From: Bacteroidota bacterium
GTDB lineage: Bacteria; Bacteroidota; Bacteroidia; J057
DNA length: 15,691 nucleotides
Assembly (NCBI GenBank): GCA_039024295.1
Contig: JBCDIQ010000100.1
Coordinates: forward strand, 1-15,691
Reading direction: 5' to 3'
Both the position numbers and the translations under genes were made by a program. Below, one piece after another: positions 1 to 7,020 of the stretch (positions are counted from its first letter, which is position 1; each line of letters starts with the position of its first letter). A model generated the notes under the pieces. The model searched no databases and was not told the DNA's origin. It worked only from the letters and a program-made list of their open reading frames with translations.

Positions 1-24
1 CCATAACCAAAATACTTCTATCTT

Positions 25-510
25 ATGCAAGTTGTCATTGTTCAGGACTTTCTCGAAAAATTGTATGCTGCTGGAGTAATTCTTCGTAATGCCGAACACG
101 ATTATAAAGAATTAAGCCGCGACTACCCCTTTATTCAAAGCCGACAGCTTGCGCACTTTCGAAAACTTGCACACTTGGCAATTGAGAAAATTAATAAGTC
201 TCTTAGAGAAGAGAAAAAAATTGATTGGTACGCGTTTGAGCAGAAAGAGGTAACTCCAGTGTACGAATTCGCTGAACGCATTAGCGAAATTGGTACATCA
301 AGTTATATTGGAGATCCATATACCCAGAAGGGATATCAGTTGGATCGAGTATTGAATCTGGATGTGCTTTTTCCAACTGATTCTATCAATATGTCAATGC
401 TCCAATATTCCAGGGTATTGCGTACACAAGCCCTGATTGCTACGAGCAAACATAAGTTACATCAGGTAAAAACCCGGATTGATCTTCCGATGAGGAAAGT
501 ATCTGCCTAA
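25..510 (+). CDS. Hypothetical protein, 161 aa, no recognisable motifs
   Basis: ORF from the track. It uses the first ATG after an in-frame stop at 4-6. Composition is coding-like. Its stop overlaps the stop of the downstream - strand permease gene by 4 bp (convergent). Confidence 0.5.
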   Translation: MQVVIVQDFLEKLYAAGVILRNAEHDYKELSRDYPFIQSRQLAHFRKLAHLAIEKINKSLREEKKIDWYAFEQKEVTPVYEFAERISEIGTSSYIGDPYTQKGYQLDRVLNLDVLFPTDSINMSMLQYSRVLRTQALIATSKHKLHQVKTRIDLPMRKVSA

Positions 511-1325
511 CGCAGGTCACGCTTGGCCAACAACCAAAATGCCAACAGTCCCAAAATTACTGTATATCCTACTGCAATGCCCAGTTCTGGAAATTGAACA
601 GTGGTAAGGGTCTCCTTCAAAATGTATTTAGGGAATGGATTAGGAATAAAATTGTTAAGTGCATTTATGGGATATAAATCTGCCAACCAAGGCATTTTCC
701 ATCCATACTCTGTCACCCTAACAGCGATAAACTCTATAGGAAAAATATAAAATAGCAAAAGTGCTAAGGCAATCCCAGTTCGCTTGACGACCAGCCCTAC
801 GCACAAACACAGGAGTTGAAACGCACATAAATGGAAAAAGTAGGCGGGAAGGAACTCCAAGTGCTTCACAATAAAGGCTACCTCTGTTACTGGAGACCAT
901 AGGTATCCACATGCCAGCCCAATCAGAAATACCGCGACCGTAGCAATAAGGGACATGGCCCCAATAAAGCTCAGTTTACTCAGGAAGAGTTCTGTAGGGC
1001 TGAGTCCATCAATGACATTTTGCTTAATGGTTCCATAGGAAAACTCATTCCCGATGGAAATCAGCATAATGAATCCCAGGAAAACAGAAAAGCTGGAATA
1101 AACCCAGGTCAGGTTTTGCCAGAGGTCAATAAAATCGTACAAAGGAATCTGGTTGGCATCAATCCCGATGTTAATGGGGCTTTCGCCGATATCGGTTAAA
1201 TAGTCGAGAAACTCATGTGCGCCCACCGGAATTGCAATGAGCAATACCAAAAACAGCCCGGCCAGTGCCCAGAAGTAACGCGTATACCGCAGTTTGAAAA
1301 ATTCAATTGAGATCAGTCTAAGCAT
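507..1325 (-). CDS. ABC-2 family transporter permease, 272 aa, multi-pass membrane protein
   Basis: Highly hydrophobic protein with about six predicted TM segments. It overlaps the upstream ABC ATPase gene by 8 bp (1318-1325), which suggests translational coupling. This is the typical ABC-2 exporter arrangement. Confidence 0.8.
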   Translation of the reverse strand: MLRLISIEFFKLRYTRYFWALAGLFLVLLIAIPVGAHEFLDYLTDIGESPINIGIDANQIPLYDFIDLWQNLTWVYSSFSVFLGFIMLISIGNEFSYGTIKQNVIDGLSPTELFLSKLSFIGAMSLIATVAVFLIGLACGYLWSPVTEVAFIVKHLEFLPAYFFHLCAFQLLCLCVGLVVKRTGIALALLLFYIFPIEFIAVRVTEYGWKMPWLADLYPINALNNFIPNPFPKYILKETLTTVQFPELGIAVGYTVILGLLAFWLLAKRDLR

Positions 1326-2211
1326 GCTGTGCCAGAATTTCGATGAATTGTTGTTCGAGGTTTTTGGTAAGGGTGCTCAAATGCGCGACATGAATTCTAC
1401 GCTCACATAAAAACTTATTCAGCTCTGCGGCATTGGTGCCTTTGTCGCAGACCAGCTCCACCACATCTTTTAAGACTTTGTGGGTTTGATAGCCGGGAAA
1501 CATGGATAAATGTGGCACCAACAGTGAAAGATCCTCTATACCTACGTGCAGGATAACGTCCTCCCCAAAACTGACTTTTACTTTTCCTGTATGAATGAGT
1601 TGACCACTCTTCAGAATGGCAAAATCGGTACACACTTTCTGTACCTCATCCAGCAAGTGACTGGCAAGGATAATGGTTTTTCCGCTCTGTGCGATTTCCC
1701 GGATCAGGTCCCGAATTTCCGCTATCCCTTGTGGGTCTAAGCCATTTGTAGGTTCGTCCAAAATGAGCACCTCTGGATCTGCCAATAACGCTGATCCAAT
1801 GGCAAGACGTTGTTTCATTCCCAGGGAATACGTTTTGAAGGCATCATGTTCCCGACCGACTAGCCCGACCAGCTCCAGCACTTCATGAATCCGACTTTCA
1901 GAGACCTCTTTGATTTTGCATACCAGTTGGAGATTTCTCCAGGCTGAATAGGTAGGATAAAAATTGGGCTGCTCCAAGATGGCCCCAACTATTTTGCGCA
2001 CATGATGAGAAGGCGGCCGCCCAAACCATTCAAATGTGCCCTTAGTCGGGCGAATCACTCCCAGCACCATTCCTAAGGTTGTAGTTTTCCCACTCCCGTT
2101 GGGGCCCAACAAGCCAAATATTGAGCCTGAAGGGATGTCCAGGCTCAATTCGTTTACCGCTGTAATTCTTCCGTAGGTTTTGTGTAGGCCTTTAATACTG
2201 AGGGTGTTCAT
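1318..2211 (-). CDS. ABC transporter ATP-binding protein, 297 aa
   Basis: Walker A GLLGPNGSGKTT, ABC signature YSLGMKQRLAIGSALL, Walker B VLILDEPTNGLD, and H-loop IILASHLL are all read directly from the translation. It is the first gene of a two-gene operon with the permease. Confidence 0.9.
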   Translation of the reverse strand: MNTLSIKGLHKTYGRITAVNELSLDIPSGSIFGLLGPNGSGKTTTLGMVLGVIRPTKGTFEWFGRPPSHHVRKIVGAILEQPNFYPTYSAWRNLQLVCKIKEVSESRIHEVLELVGLVGREHDAFKTYSLGMKQRLAIGSALLADPEVLILDEPTNGLDPQGIAEIRDLIREIAQSGKTIILASHLLDEVQKVCTDFAILKSGQLIHTGKVKVSFGEDVILHVGIEDLSLLVPHLSMFPGYQTHKVLKDVVELVCDKGTNAAELNKFLCERRIHVAHLSTLTKNLEQQFIEILAQHA

Positions 2212-2221
2212 GGAGGGAAGA

Positions 2222-2338
2222 GGTTTTAGGTGTTGGGTTTTAGGCGTTAGGGAGAAGGTTTTAGGTGTAAGGCATTAGGTATTAGAGCTTTTGCATGTTT
2301 ATGCGTTCCCCCTAACACCTAACAGCTATTACCTAAAG
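2222..2338. promoter_or_regulatory. Cluster of TTAGG(T/C)GT-type motifs in both orientations in the 5' region of the ABC operon. On the - strand these read as CACCTAAAACC direct repeats.
   Basis: GGTTTTAGGTGT at 2222-2233, GGTTTTAGGCGT at 2236-2247, GGTTTTAGGTGT at 2257-2268, then ATTAGGTATT. Inverted copies are TAACACCTAAC at 2313-2323 and ACCTAAAG at 2331-2338. The element sits in the 135-bp gap between the ABC ATPase start (2211) and the DUF4252 gene stop (2347). Confidence 0.3.
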
Positions 2339-2346
2339 CCTTATTC

Positions 2347-2841
2347 TCAGTTTTTCTCCAGCGGCACCAGCTCCTGCAACTTATCCATATCAAGGCTGGA
2401 GAATGCCCGGAAGTACTTCACGTCCAATGAGCCTTTCATCTCAATGATGCCTGCTGCATCGTTCATGTAAAGGGTCGCCACCCAGGTGGATTTATTACCA
2501 CTCGTGGCTAACTCATACACATGACAGCGGTAATCCTTATTGTCAAAAGTCATAATTTCTTCGAATCCCTCTGCTTGCACGCCTTTGTCCAGGGACTTGA
2601 ACGTAGATTTAGGGTCTCCTGCTCCAGGCTCGGTGGTCAGCACCCGAATGTGGTCCAGGTTACGGATCAGCATGTTGAAGTCCGGATTTTTGTCCTTGTT
2701 CATCATGCGAATCACGCTCTGGTAAAGAAATGCTGTATAGCCGTCTGCTTTTTTGGAGAAATTCTCTACGGTTTTACTTTGGGCAAATCCCTGGCTCCCA
2801 AATGCCATTACGAGTATTGAGATCAACAGGTATTTTTTCAT
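2347..2841 (-). CDS. Secreted DUF4252-like protein, 164 aa, Sec signal peptide
   Basis: N-terminal signal peptide MKKYLLISILVMAFGSQGFAQ. Its size and position downstream of the ECF sigma/anti-sigma pair are typical of DUF4252 paralogs. It shows distant similarity to the 2838-3359 product. Its start overlaps the upstream gene's stop by 4 bp. Confidence 0.65.
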   Translation of the reverse strand: MKKYLLISILVMAFGSQGFAQSKTVENFSKKADGYTAFLYQSVIRMMNKDKNPDFNMLIRNLDHIRVLTTEPGAGDPKSTFKSLDKGVQAEGFEEIMTFDNKDYRCHVYELATSGNKSTWVATLYMNDAAGIIEMKGSLDVKYFRAFSSLDMDKLQELVPLEKN

Positions 2842-3359
2842 TGGTCTACGTTTTGAAAGTGTTCAAATCCATCAATGTCCATTTTCTGGCTCAGCCGAGA
2901 GATATCCCGAAGGGAAATCTGGCCCACCAGGCTCATCACCATGAAGGATTTTCCCTCATAGCCTACCATCATCAATTCTGAAATGGTGCCATTGGCCTCG
3001 GTGATGAAAAACTTAAATTCTTGATCCCCGTCCTTAATGCTCATGAGCTCCTCCATGGCCTTAGCAGGCTTTTGGACTGCGGCGGTATAGAGGGACTTGG
3101 CATCTTCGACCTCCTCGCCTATCAACATCTTAAGGCCTTTTAGCTTGGAGATGGCTTCGACCAAGTCTTGCTCATCGGGGTCATCCATGTCGAATTCGGC
3201 AAAAAGGCCAAACATGCGACTTGAAACGGTAATGGAGGTAAACCTATCGTCCTCCTGGTATTGTTCAAAATAGCGATCTATCCCGCTACTTTGCGCCTGA
3301 AGGGCCACGCTGGCCAGCATCAGGAGGGAACATAAAAAAACTGATATCCTGTTCATCAC
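2838..3359 (-). CDS. Secreted DUF4252 domain protein, 173 aa
   Basis: Signal peptide MMNRISVFLCSLLMLASVALQAQ. The central block EELMSIKDGDQEFKFFITEANGTISELMMVGYEGKSFMVMSLVGQISL is clearly homologous to the 4460-5221 product (EELMSVKDDEETYGFYINENNGIVKELVMVGMGGTGFILMSLSGDMRL). Confidence 0.7.
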   Translation of the reverse strand: MMNRISVFLCSLLMLASVALQAQSSGIDRYFEQYQEDDRFTSITVSSRMFGLFAEFDMDDPDEQDLVEAISKLKGLKMLIGEEVEDAKSLYTAAVQKPAKAMEELMSIKDGDQEFKFFITEANGTISELMMVGYEGKSFMVMSLVGQISLRDISRLSQKMDIDGFEHFQNVDQ

Positions 3360-3374
3360 AATTGATTAAAAAAG

Positions 3375-3872
3375 TTAATGCTTGGTTAATTCCTTTTGGC
3401 TCTGGTGAAAGTTGACCATGATCCGGGTGTGCTTCATGCCGCTGTTCATTTTGCTGGAAACCTTCATAAGGGCTTTTTTTACTTCCATGTAGGCAATCTC
3501 GGGATCCTCGTAGGTATCAACGAATTCGTCTTCAATGACCTGGGCATTTCGGTTGGAATACTCATAGAAGCCCCAACTGAATCCGACCACCAAGGCGACT
3601 GCCGCGGCAGCCCTTCCAAGCCAAGCGGAATTCAGCCTTCGAACGGGATTGGGTTCCTTAATCTTGGCCATGAACTGCTGGTCAAATTCATCTCCAAGGC
3701 TAACCTCTGAACGTTCGGCATCCAGAAATCCTGCATATGCCCTTAACGGTTCCAGTTCGGGAGAAAGGTTTTCGGCATCCCGTACATATTCAAGCAGCAT
3801 CTGCTCTTCCCGATCGGTACAGGTACCTTTCCAGTATTTTTGGGCCAGTTGATGTAAAGTTTCAGGATTCAT
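3375..3872 (-). CDS. Putative anti-sigma factor, 165 aa, single-pass membrane protein
   Basis: It lies immediately downstream of the ECF sigma gene and overlaps it by 11 bp. It has one hydrophobic TM segment (AWLGRAAAAVALVVGFSWGFY) and a charged N-terminal cytoplasmic domain. This layout is typical of small anti-sigma partners. Confidence 0.6.
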   Translation of the reverse strand: MNPETLHQLAQKYWKGTCTDREEQMLLEYVRDAENLSPELEPLRAYAGFLDAERSEVSLGDEFDQQFMAKIKEPNPVRRLNSAWLGRAAAAVALVVGFSWGFYEYSNRNAQVIEDEFVDTYEDPEIAYMEVKKALMKVSSKMNSGMKHTRIMVNFHQSQKELTKH

Positions 3873-4374
3873 GACGATACTGATCTAAGAGGTATTTTTT
3901 TATGCGGGTCCGAGCACGGTGCAGCAGCACTTTGACATGGTTGACTTCGAGCTGGAGCAGTTCAGCTATTTCTTTGTAGCTGTACTGCTCCACATCCCGA
4001 AGCTGGATTACGGCACGCTGTTGTTCCGGCAAGGTGGCAATGACTGCCCGAACCTGCTTCAGGGTTTCACGGGCTACCGTTTGCCTCAAGGGTCCGGCTT
4101 CATGGGTGGGCAGATCAACTTGCTCATCTACCTGAACATAATGCCGGCCATGCTTGCGCAGTTTGTCTAAAGAACGGTTTCTGGTAAGGGTCATACACCA
4201 GGCTTCCGGGTTTTGAATACCACTGTCTGGCTTTTGTAAGTTTTCCCAGGCTTTCAACAGTACGTCCTGCACGACATCCATTGCATCTGCCTGATTCCCC
4301 AAGAAGGTCATGGCAAATCGAAAAAGACGATCTTTAAGGGGTAATATGTGCTGCTGAAACTCTTCTGCCGTCAT
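3862..4374 (-). CDS. RNA polymerase ECF-type sigma-70 factor. The most plausible start is MTAEEFQQ at 4374. The longest ORF extends to 4446.
   Basis: Region 2 reads LFRFAMTFLGNQADAMDVVQDVLLKAWENL. Region 4 is a helix-turn-helix, AVIQLRDVEQYSYKEIAELLQLEVNHVKVLLHRARTRIKK. The 24-codon N-terminal extension (MEISLSATRIEPNIASNQLSALPA) has no counterpart in typical ECF sigma factors, so the internal Met was chosen. Confidence 0.85.
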   Translation of the reverse strand: MTAEEFQQHILPLKDRLFRFAMTFLGNQADAMDVVQDVLLKAWENLQKPDSGIQNPEAWCMTLTRNRSLDKLRKHGRHYVQVDEQVDLPTHEAGPLRQTVARETLKQVRAVIATLPEQQRAVIQLRDVEQYSYKEIAELLQLEVNHVKVLLHRARTRIKKYLLDQYRHES

Positions 4375-4459
4375 GGCTGGTAAAGCCGAAAGTTGATTCG
4401 AAGCAATATTGGGTTCTATTCGGGTTGCAGACAAGCTAATTTCCATACCAATAACTCTC

Positions 4460-5221
4460 CTACTGGATGGTTACGCGCTTCTTGATGCTGACCTTATCAT
4501 TTTCAAGTGAAATGATGTACATACCTGTTGCAAGGCCATGGGTAGAGATGGACCGCGAAGTACTTTCAAGTGAATAACTGCGGATGACTTCTCCTTTCAT
4601 CGTTATCAATTTTGCTGTGCCCCCAATCAGGCTTTCAGGTACGTCTACTGTAACTTTATTGCCAGCAGTGGTAGGATTAGGGTATACTTTGACTTTATCA
4701 ATTCCGCTTTCATTGAGTTTCTTCATCTGGGCATACTCGTCCGACTTGATAAAACGAGCCACTTTAAAAATCTGATTTAAGCGCATGTCACCAGACAAGG
4801 ACATTAAAATAAACCCTGTACCCCCCATTCCCACCATCACCAATTCTTTCACGATACCGTTGTTTTCATTGATGTAAAAGCCATACGTCTCCTCATCGTC
4901 TTTGACGCTCATAAGCTCTTCAAACTCTGGCTGAATTTTCTTTAACACAGCTTCATAGTCAGCAACAGGACGCTTCTCTTCCTTCTTTACAATCAAGTCA
5001 AGCGCTTTAATCGTGCTTAGAAAGTCACGCAACTCTTCCAAATCTGCATTTTCTTCTTCCACTTCAAGATAAGCAGCCATCTCGAACATCTTTTTAGGCA
5101 AATGGGCATAAACCACATCTTCCTGGTCTAGGTATTCTGGAAAGTGGTGTTCGATCACATTCTGACCAAAGGCAAACTGACATGCCAACAGGGCGATAAA
5201 GGTAATTGCTAAGGGTTTCAT
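4460..5221 (-). CDS. DUF4252-like domain protein fused to a T9SS C-terminal sorting domain. The start is at 5221 (MKPLAITFIALLACQFAFGQ). The longest ORF extends to 5284.
   Basis: A signal peptide begins at the internal Met. The central region is homologous to the 2838-3359 DUF4252 protein. The C-terminal ~80 aa (KVKVYPNPTTAGNKVTVDV...GMYIISLENDKVSIKKRVTIQ) carries the YPNP hallmark of Por/T9SS secretion tails. Confidence 0.7.
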   Translation of the reverse strand: MKPLAITFIALLACQFAFGQNVIEHHFPEYLDQEDVVYAHLPKKMFEMAAYLEVEEENADLEELRDFLSTIKALDLIVKKEEKRPVADYEAVLKKIQPEFEELMSVKDDEETYGFYINENNGIVKELVMVGMGGTGFILMSLSGDMRLNQIFKVARFIKSDEYAQMKKLNESGIDKVKVYPNPTTAGNKVTVDVPESLIGGTAKLITMKGEVIRSYSLESTSRSISTHGLATGMYIISLENDKVSIKKRVTIQ

Positions 5222-5274
5222 TTCGTTGAAATTAAATGATGGAAAGTAACCGATCCTTATCGGTTCGACAGCAA

Positions 5275-5299
5275 GACGAACCACGCGGCTATATGTTAC
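5275..5299 (-). promoter_or_regulatory. Candidate ECF-type promoter for the DUF4252/sigma operon (- strand), reading GTAAC, 16 nt, CGTC
   Basis: The - strand reads tGTAACatatagccgcgtggttCGTCtt. An AAC -35 and CGTC -10 with a 16-nt spacer match the general ECF promoter architecture. It lies about 55-80 nt upstream of the 5221 start. It was found by pattern only. Confidence 0.25.
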
Positions 5300-5333
5300 A
5301 GCTCCCTCAAAAAAATTACAGGATTACTTCTTT

Positions 5334-5668
5334 GTACCGCCGTTTTCCGAACGACGGGGAGGACCGGACACTCGGTAATATCCTACAGATAGAATCTGGA
5401 GGTACAAGTACGTACCGCCGTTTTCCGAACGGCGTAGAAGACCAAATACCCGGTAATACCCTCCAGACAGAGTCTGGAGGTACAAGTTCATACCGCTGTT
5501 GCCCGAACGGCGGGGAGGACCGGACACTCGGTAATATCCTACAGATAGAATCTGGAGGTACAAGTACGTACCGCCGTTTTCCGAACGGCGTAGAGGACCG
5601 GATACCCGGTAATATCCTCCAGACAGAATCTGGAGGTACAAGTTCGTACCGCCGTTTTCCGAACGGCG
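5334..5668. repeat. Tandem array of a 78-bp unit, four full copies plus a 23-bp partial. Two alternating unit variants (A, B, A, B) make a 156-bp higher-order period. Each unit carries two hairpin-forming inverted repeats.
   Basis: Unit starts (GTACCGCCG) fall at 5334, 5412, 5490, 5568 and 5646, exactly 78 bp apart. Hairpin 1 is CCGCCGTT-ttccg-AACGGCGG. Hairpin 2 is CCTCCAGAC-aga-GTCTGGAGG in the B variant and CCTACAGAT-aga-ATCTGGAGG in the A variant. The array is in the intergenic region between 5221 and 5704. All frames stay open because 78 is a multiple of 3. Confidence 0.9.
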
Positions 5669-5703
5669 GGGAAAAAGTAAATACAACAAAAGGGGGCTTC
5701 TCC

Positions 5704-6906
5704 TTAGAATAACGACAATTGATTATCCTCCGGCGGCTTGGGACGTCTTTCCACGGTCCGTCCACCATATTTCCAGGAATCCCTGTTTTCTTTTTCCAGT
5801 ACTTCCTCCAAGGTGCTGGTCTGTTGATCGGTTTCCTCCCGTTTTTGTGCCAATTGAGTCAATTTCTGGATCGCCTGCTGTTTGTCCGTTTCCCCAATCT
5901 TGGCCCTGTCAACTGCCTTTCGCAAGGTAGTGATCGTTTCGTCATACACTTTGGTCGGAACTGGGAACGGCCTGCCTCCTTTGCCGCCATGCGCAAACGC
6001 AAACCGCGCCGGGTCCGAAAACCGTGAAGGCGTTCCGTGAATAACTTCGCTTACCAACGTGAGGGACTGGAGGGTTCTCGGACCAAGTCCTTTTAGCAGG
6101 AGCAGTTCTTCAAAATTTTCCGTTTGCTGGTCCTGAGCAAGTCCAATGATGCTGTGCAGGCGTTTAAAATCCACGTCCTTCGGACGAATGCCATATTGCT
6201 GGGGCACCAATAGCTTGGGCACTTCTTTGAGCAGCTTATCCGGATTTTCTCCGGTGATGTCGATGATGCCTGCACGGGTCTCCTTTGCTTTTCCTGAAAC
6301 CAGATTTATAATCTCTCCCTGGGAAGGACCACAAACTGCGGCGTGAGGTTCGTTCACAAAGGATTCCACCAGTTCGGAATGCCAATGGTAACGCCGAGCA
6401 CTTTTGTCATCGGGTTTCATTCCCTGCTGAATGACCGTCCAATCACCTTTATCACTCACCAGAAAGTTGTGCAGATATAATTGGTACCCATCCTGGACGG
6501 CAGCGTTGTCTACCTTTGCCGTGAGTTTGCTATTCCGCACAAGTGCATCAGCGTCCAACCCTGTTGCATCCCCAATTCTCAATAACTCATGAGGCGTTTG
6601 CAGGGACTGTTTTCCTTTTCCTCCACAGATATACAAGCCCAATTCTTTCGAATGAGGAGAGATAGATTCCTTCAACGCACGCATCACAGCCGTGGTCACA
6701 CCGGATGAATTCCAATCCATGCCGATGACTGCGCCGAAGCTCTGAAACCAAAAGGGGTCCGACATCCGCGACAAAAAGCCTGCATGGCCATACTCAGTGA
6801 GGATTGCCTCCACAATGGCAAGGCTCAGCTTCCGCATCCGGTCAAAGAGCCAGTAGGGAATGCCTCCTCCCATGAGGGTAAGGTCTGCCGAGCCTGCGTG
6901 TTTCAT
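5704..6906 (-). CDS. DUF763 family protein, 400 aa, conserved protein of unknown function
   Basis: The N-terminus MKHAGSADLTLMGGGIPYWLFDRMRKLSLAIVEAILTEYGHAGFLSRMSDPFWFQSFGAVIGMDWNSSGVTTAV matches my recollection of the conserved DUF763 N-terminal block. This is recognition from memory, not a search. It is transcribed divergently from the glycosyltransferase gene. Confidence 0.65.
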   Translation of the reverse strand: MKHAGSADLTLMGGGIPYWLFDRMRKLSLAIVEAILTEYGHAGFLSRMSDPFWFQSFGAVIGMDWNSSGVTTAVMRALKESISPHSKELGLYICGGKGKQSLQTPHELLRIGDATGLDADALVRNSKLTAKVDNAAVQDGYQLYLHNFLVSDKGDWTVIQQGMKPDDKSARRYHWHSELVESFVNEPHAAVCGPSQGEIINLVSGKAKETRAGIIDITGENPDKLLKEVPKLLVPQQYGIRPKDVDFKRLHSIIGLAQDQQTENFEELLLLKGLGPRTLQSLTLVSEVIHGTPSRFSDPARFAFAHGGKGGRPFPVPTKVYDETITTLRKAVDRAKIGETDKQQAIQKLTQLAQKREETDQQTSTLEEVLEKENRDSWKYGGRTVERRPKPPEDNQLSLF

Positions 6907-7020
6907 GTTACCAGGTTGCGATTATTAGGAGGTGAACAGGTTAATGAATTAACCCAAATTAACTTAAATTGATTCGCGTTAAGTGATTTTTCTGGCCGGG
7001 TGCATGTGTGAATCACCTCT

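Noticed and set aside
3862-4446. Use of the longest ORF start (4446) for the sigma factor
   Set aside because: It is kept as an alternative only. The internal Met at 4374 gives a canonical ECF N-terminus and a typical length of 170 aa.
5248-5283. Possible tRNA or T-loop-like GGTTCGA sequence
   Set aside because: - There is no cloverleaf.
- The GGTTCG is one arm of a simple hairpin (GGTTCG/CGAACC).
- No acceptor stem or anticodon arm can be built.
5334-5668. CRISPR array interpretation of the tandem repeat
   Set aside because: - The whole 78-bp unit is conserved.
- There are no unique spacers.
- The repeats alternate between two variants instead of being identical.
- No cas genes are nearby.
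5236-5768. Three overlapping ORFs in the track (5236-5712 +, 5316-5768 -, 5324-5689 -) with repetitive 26-aa protein repeats
   Set aside because: - They lie on the 78-bp tandem DNA repeat.
- The period is a multiple of 3, so any frame lacking a stop in one unit stays open across the array.
- They overlap the ends of the flanking genes.
- They have no sensible start context.
- Their amino-acid repeats are low-complexity, for example YRRFPNGVED.
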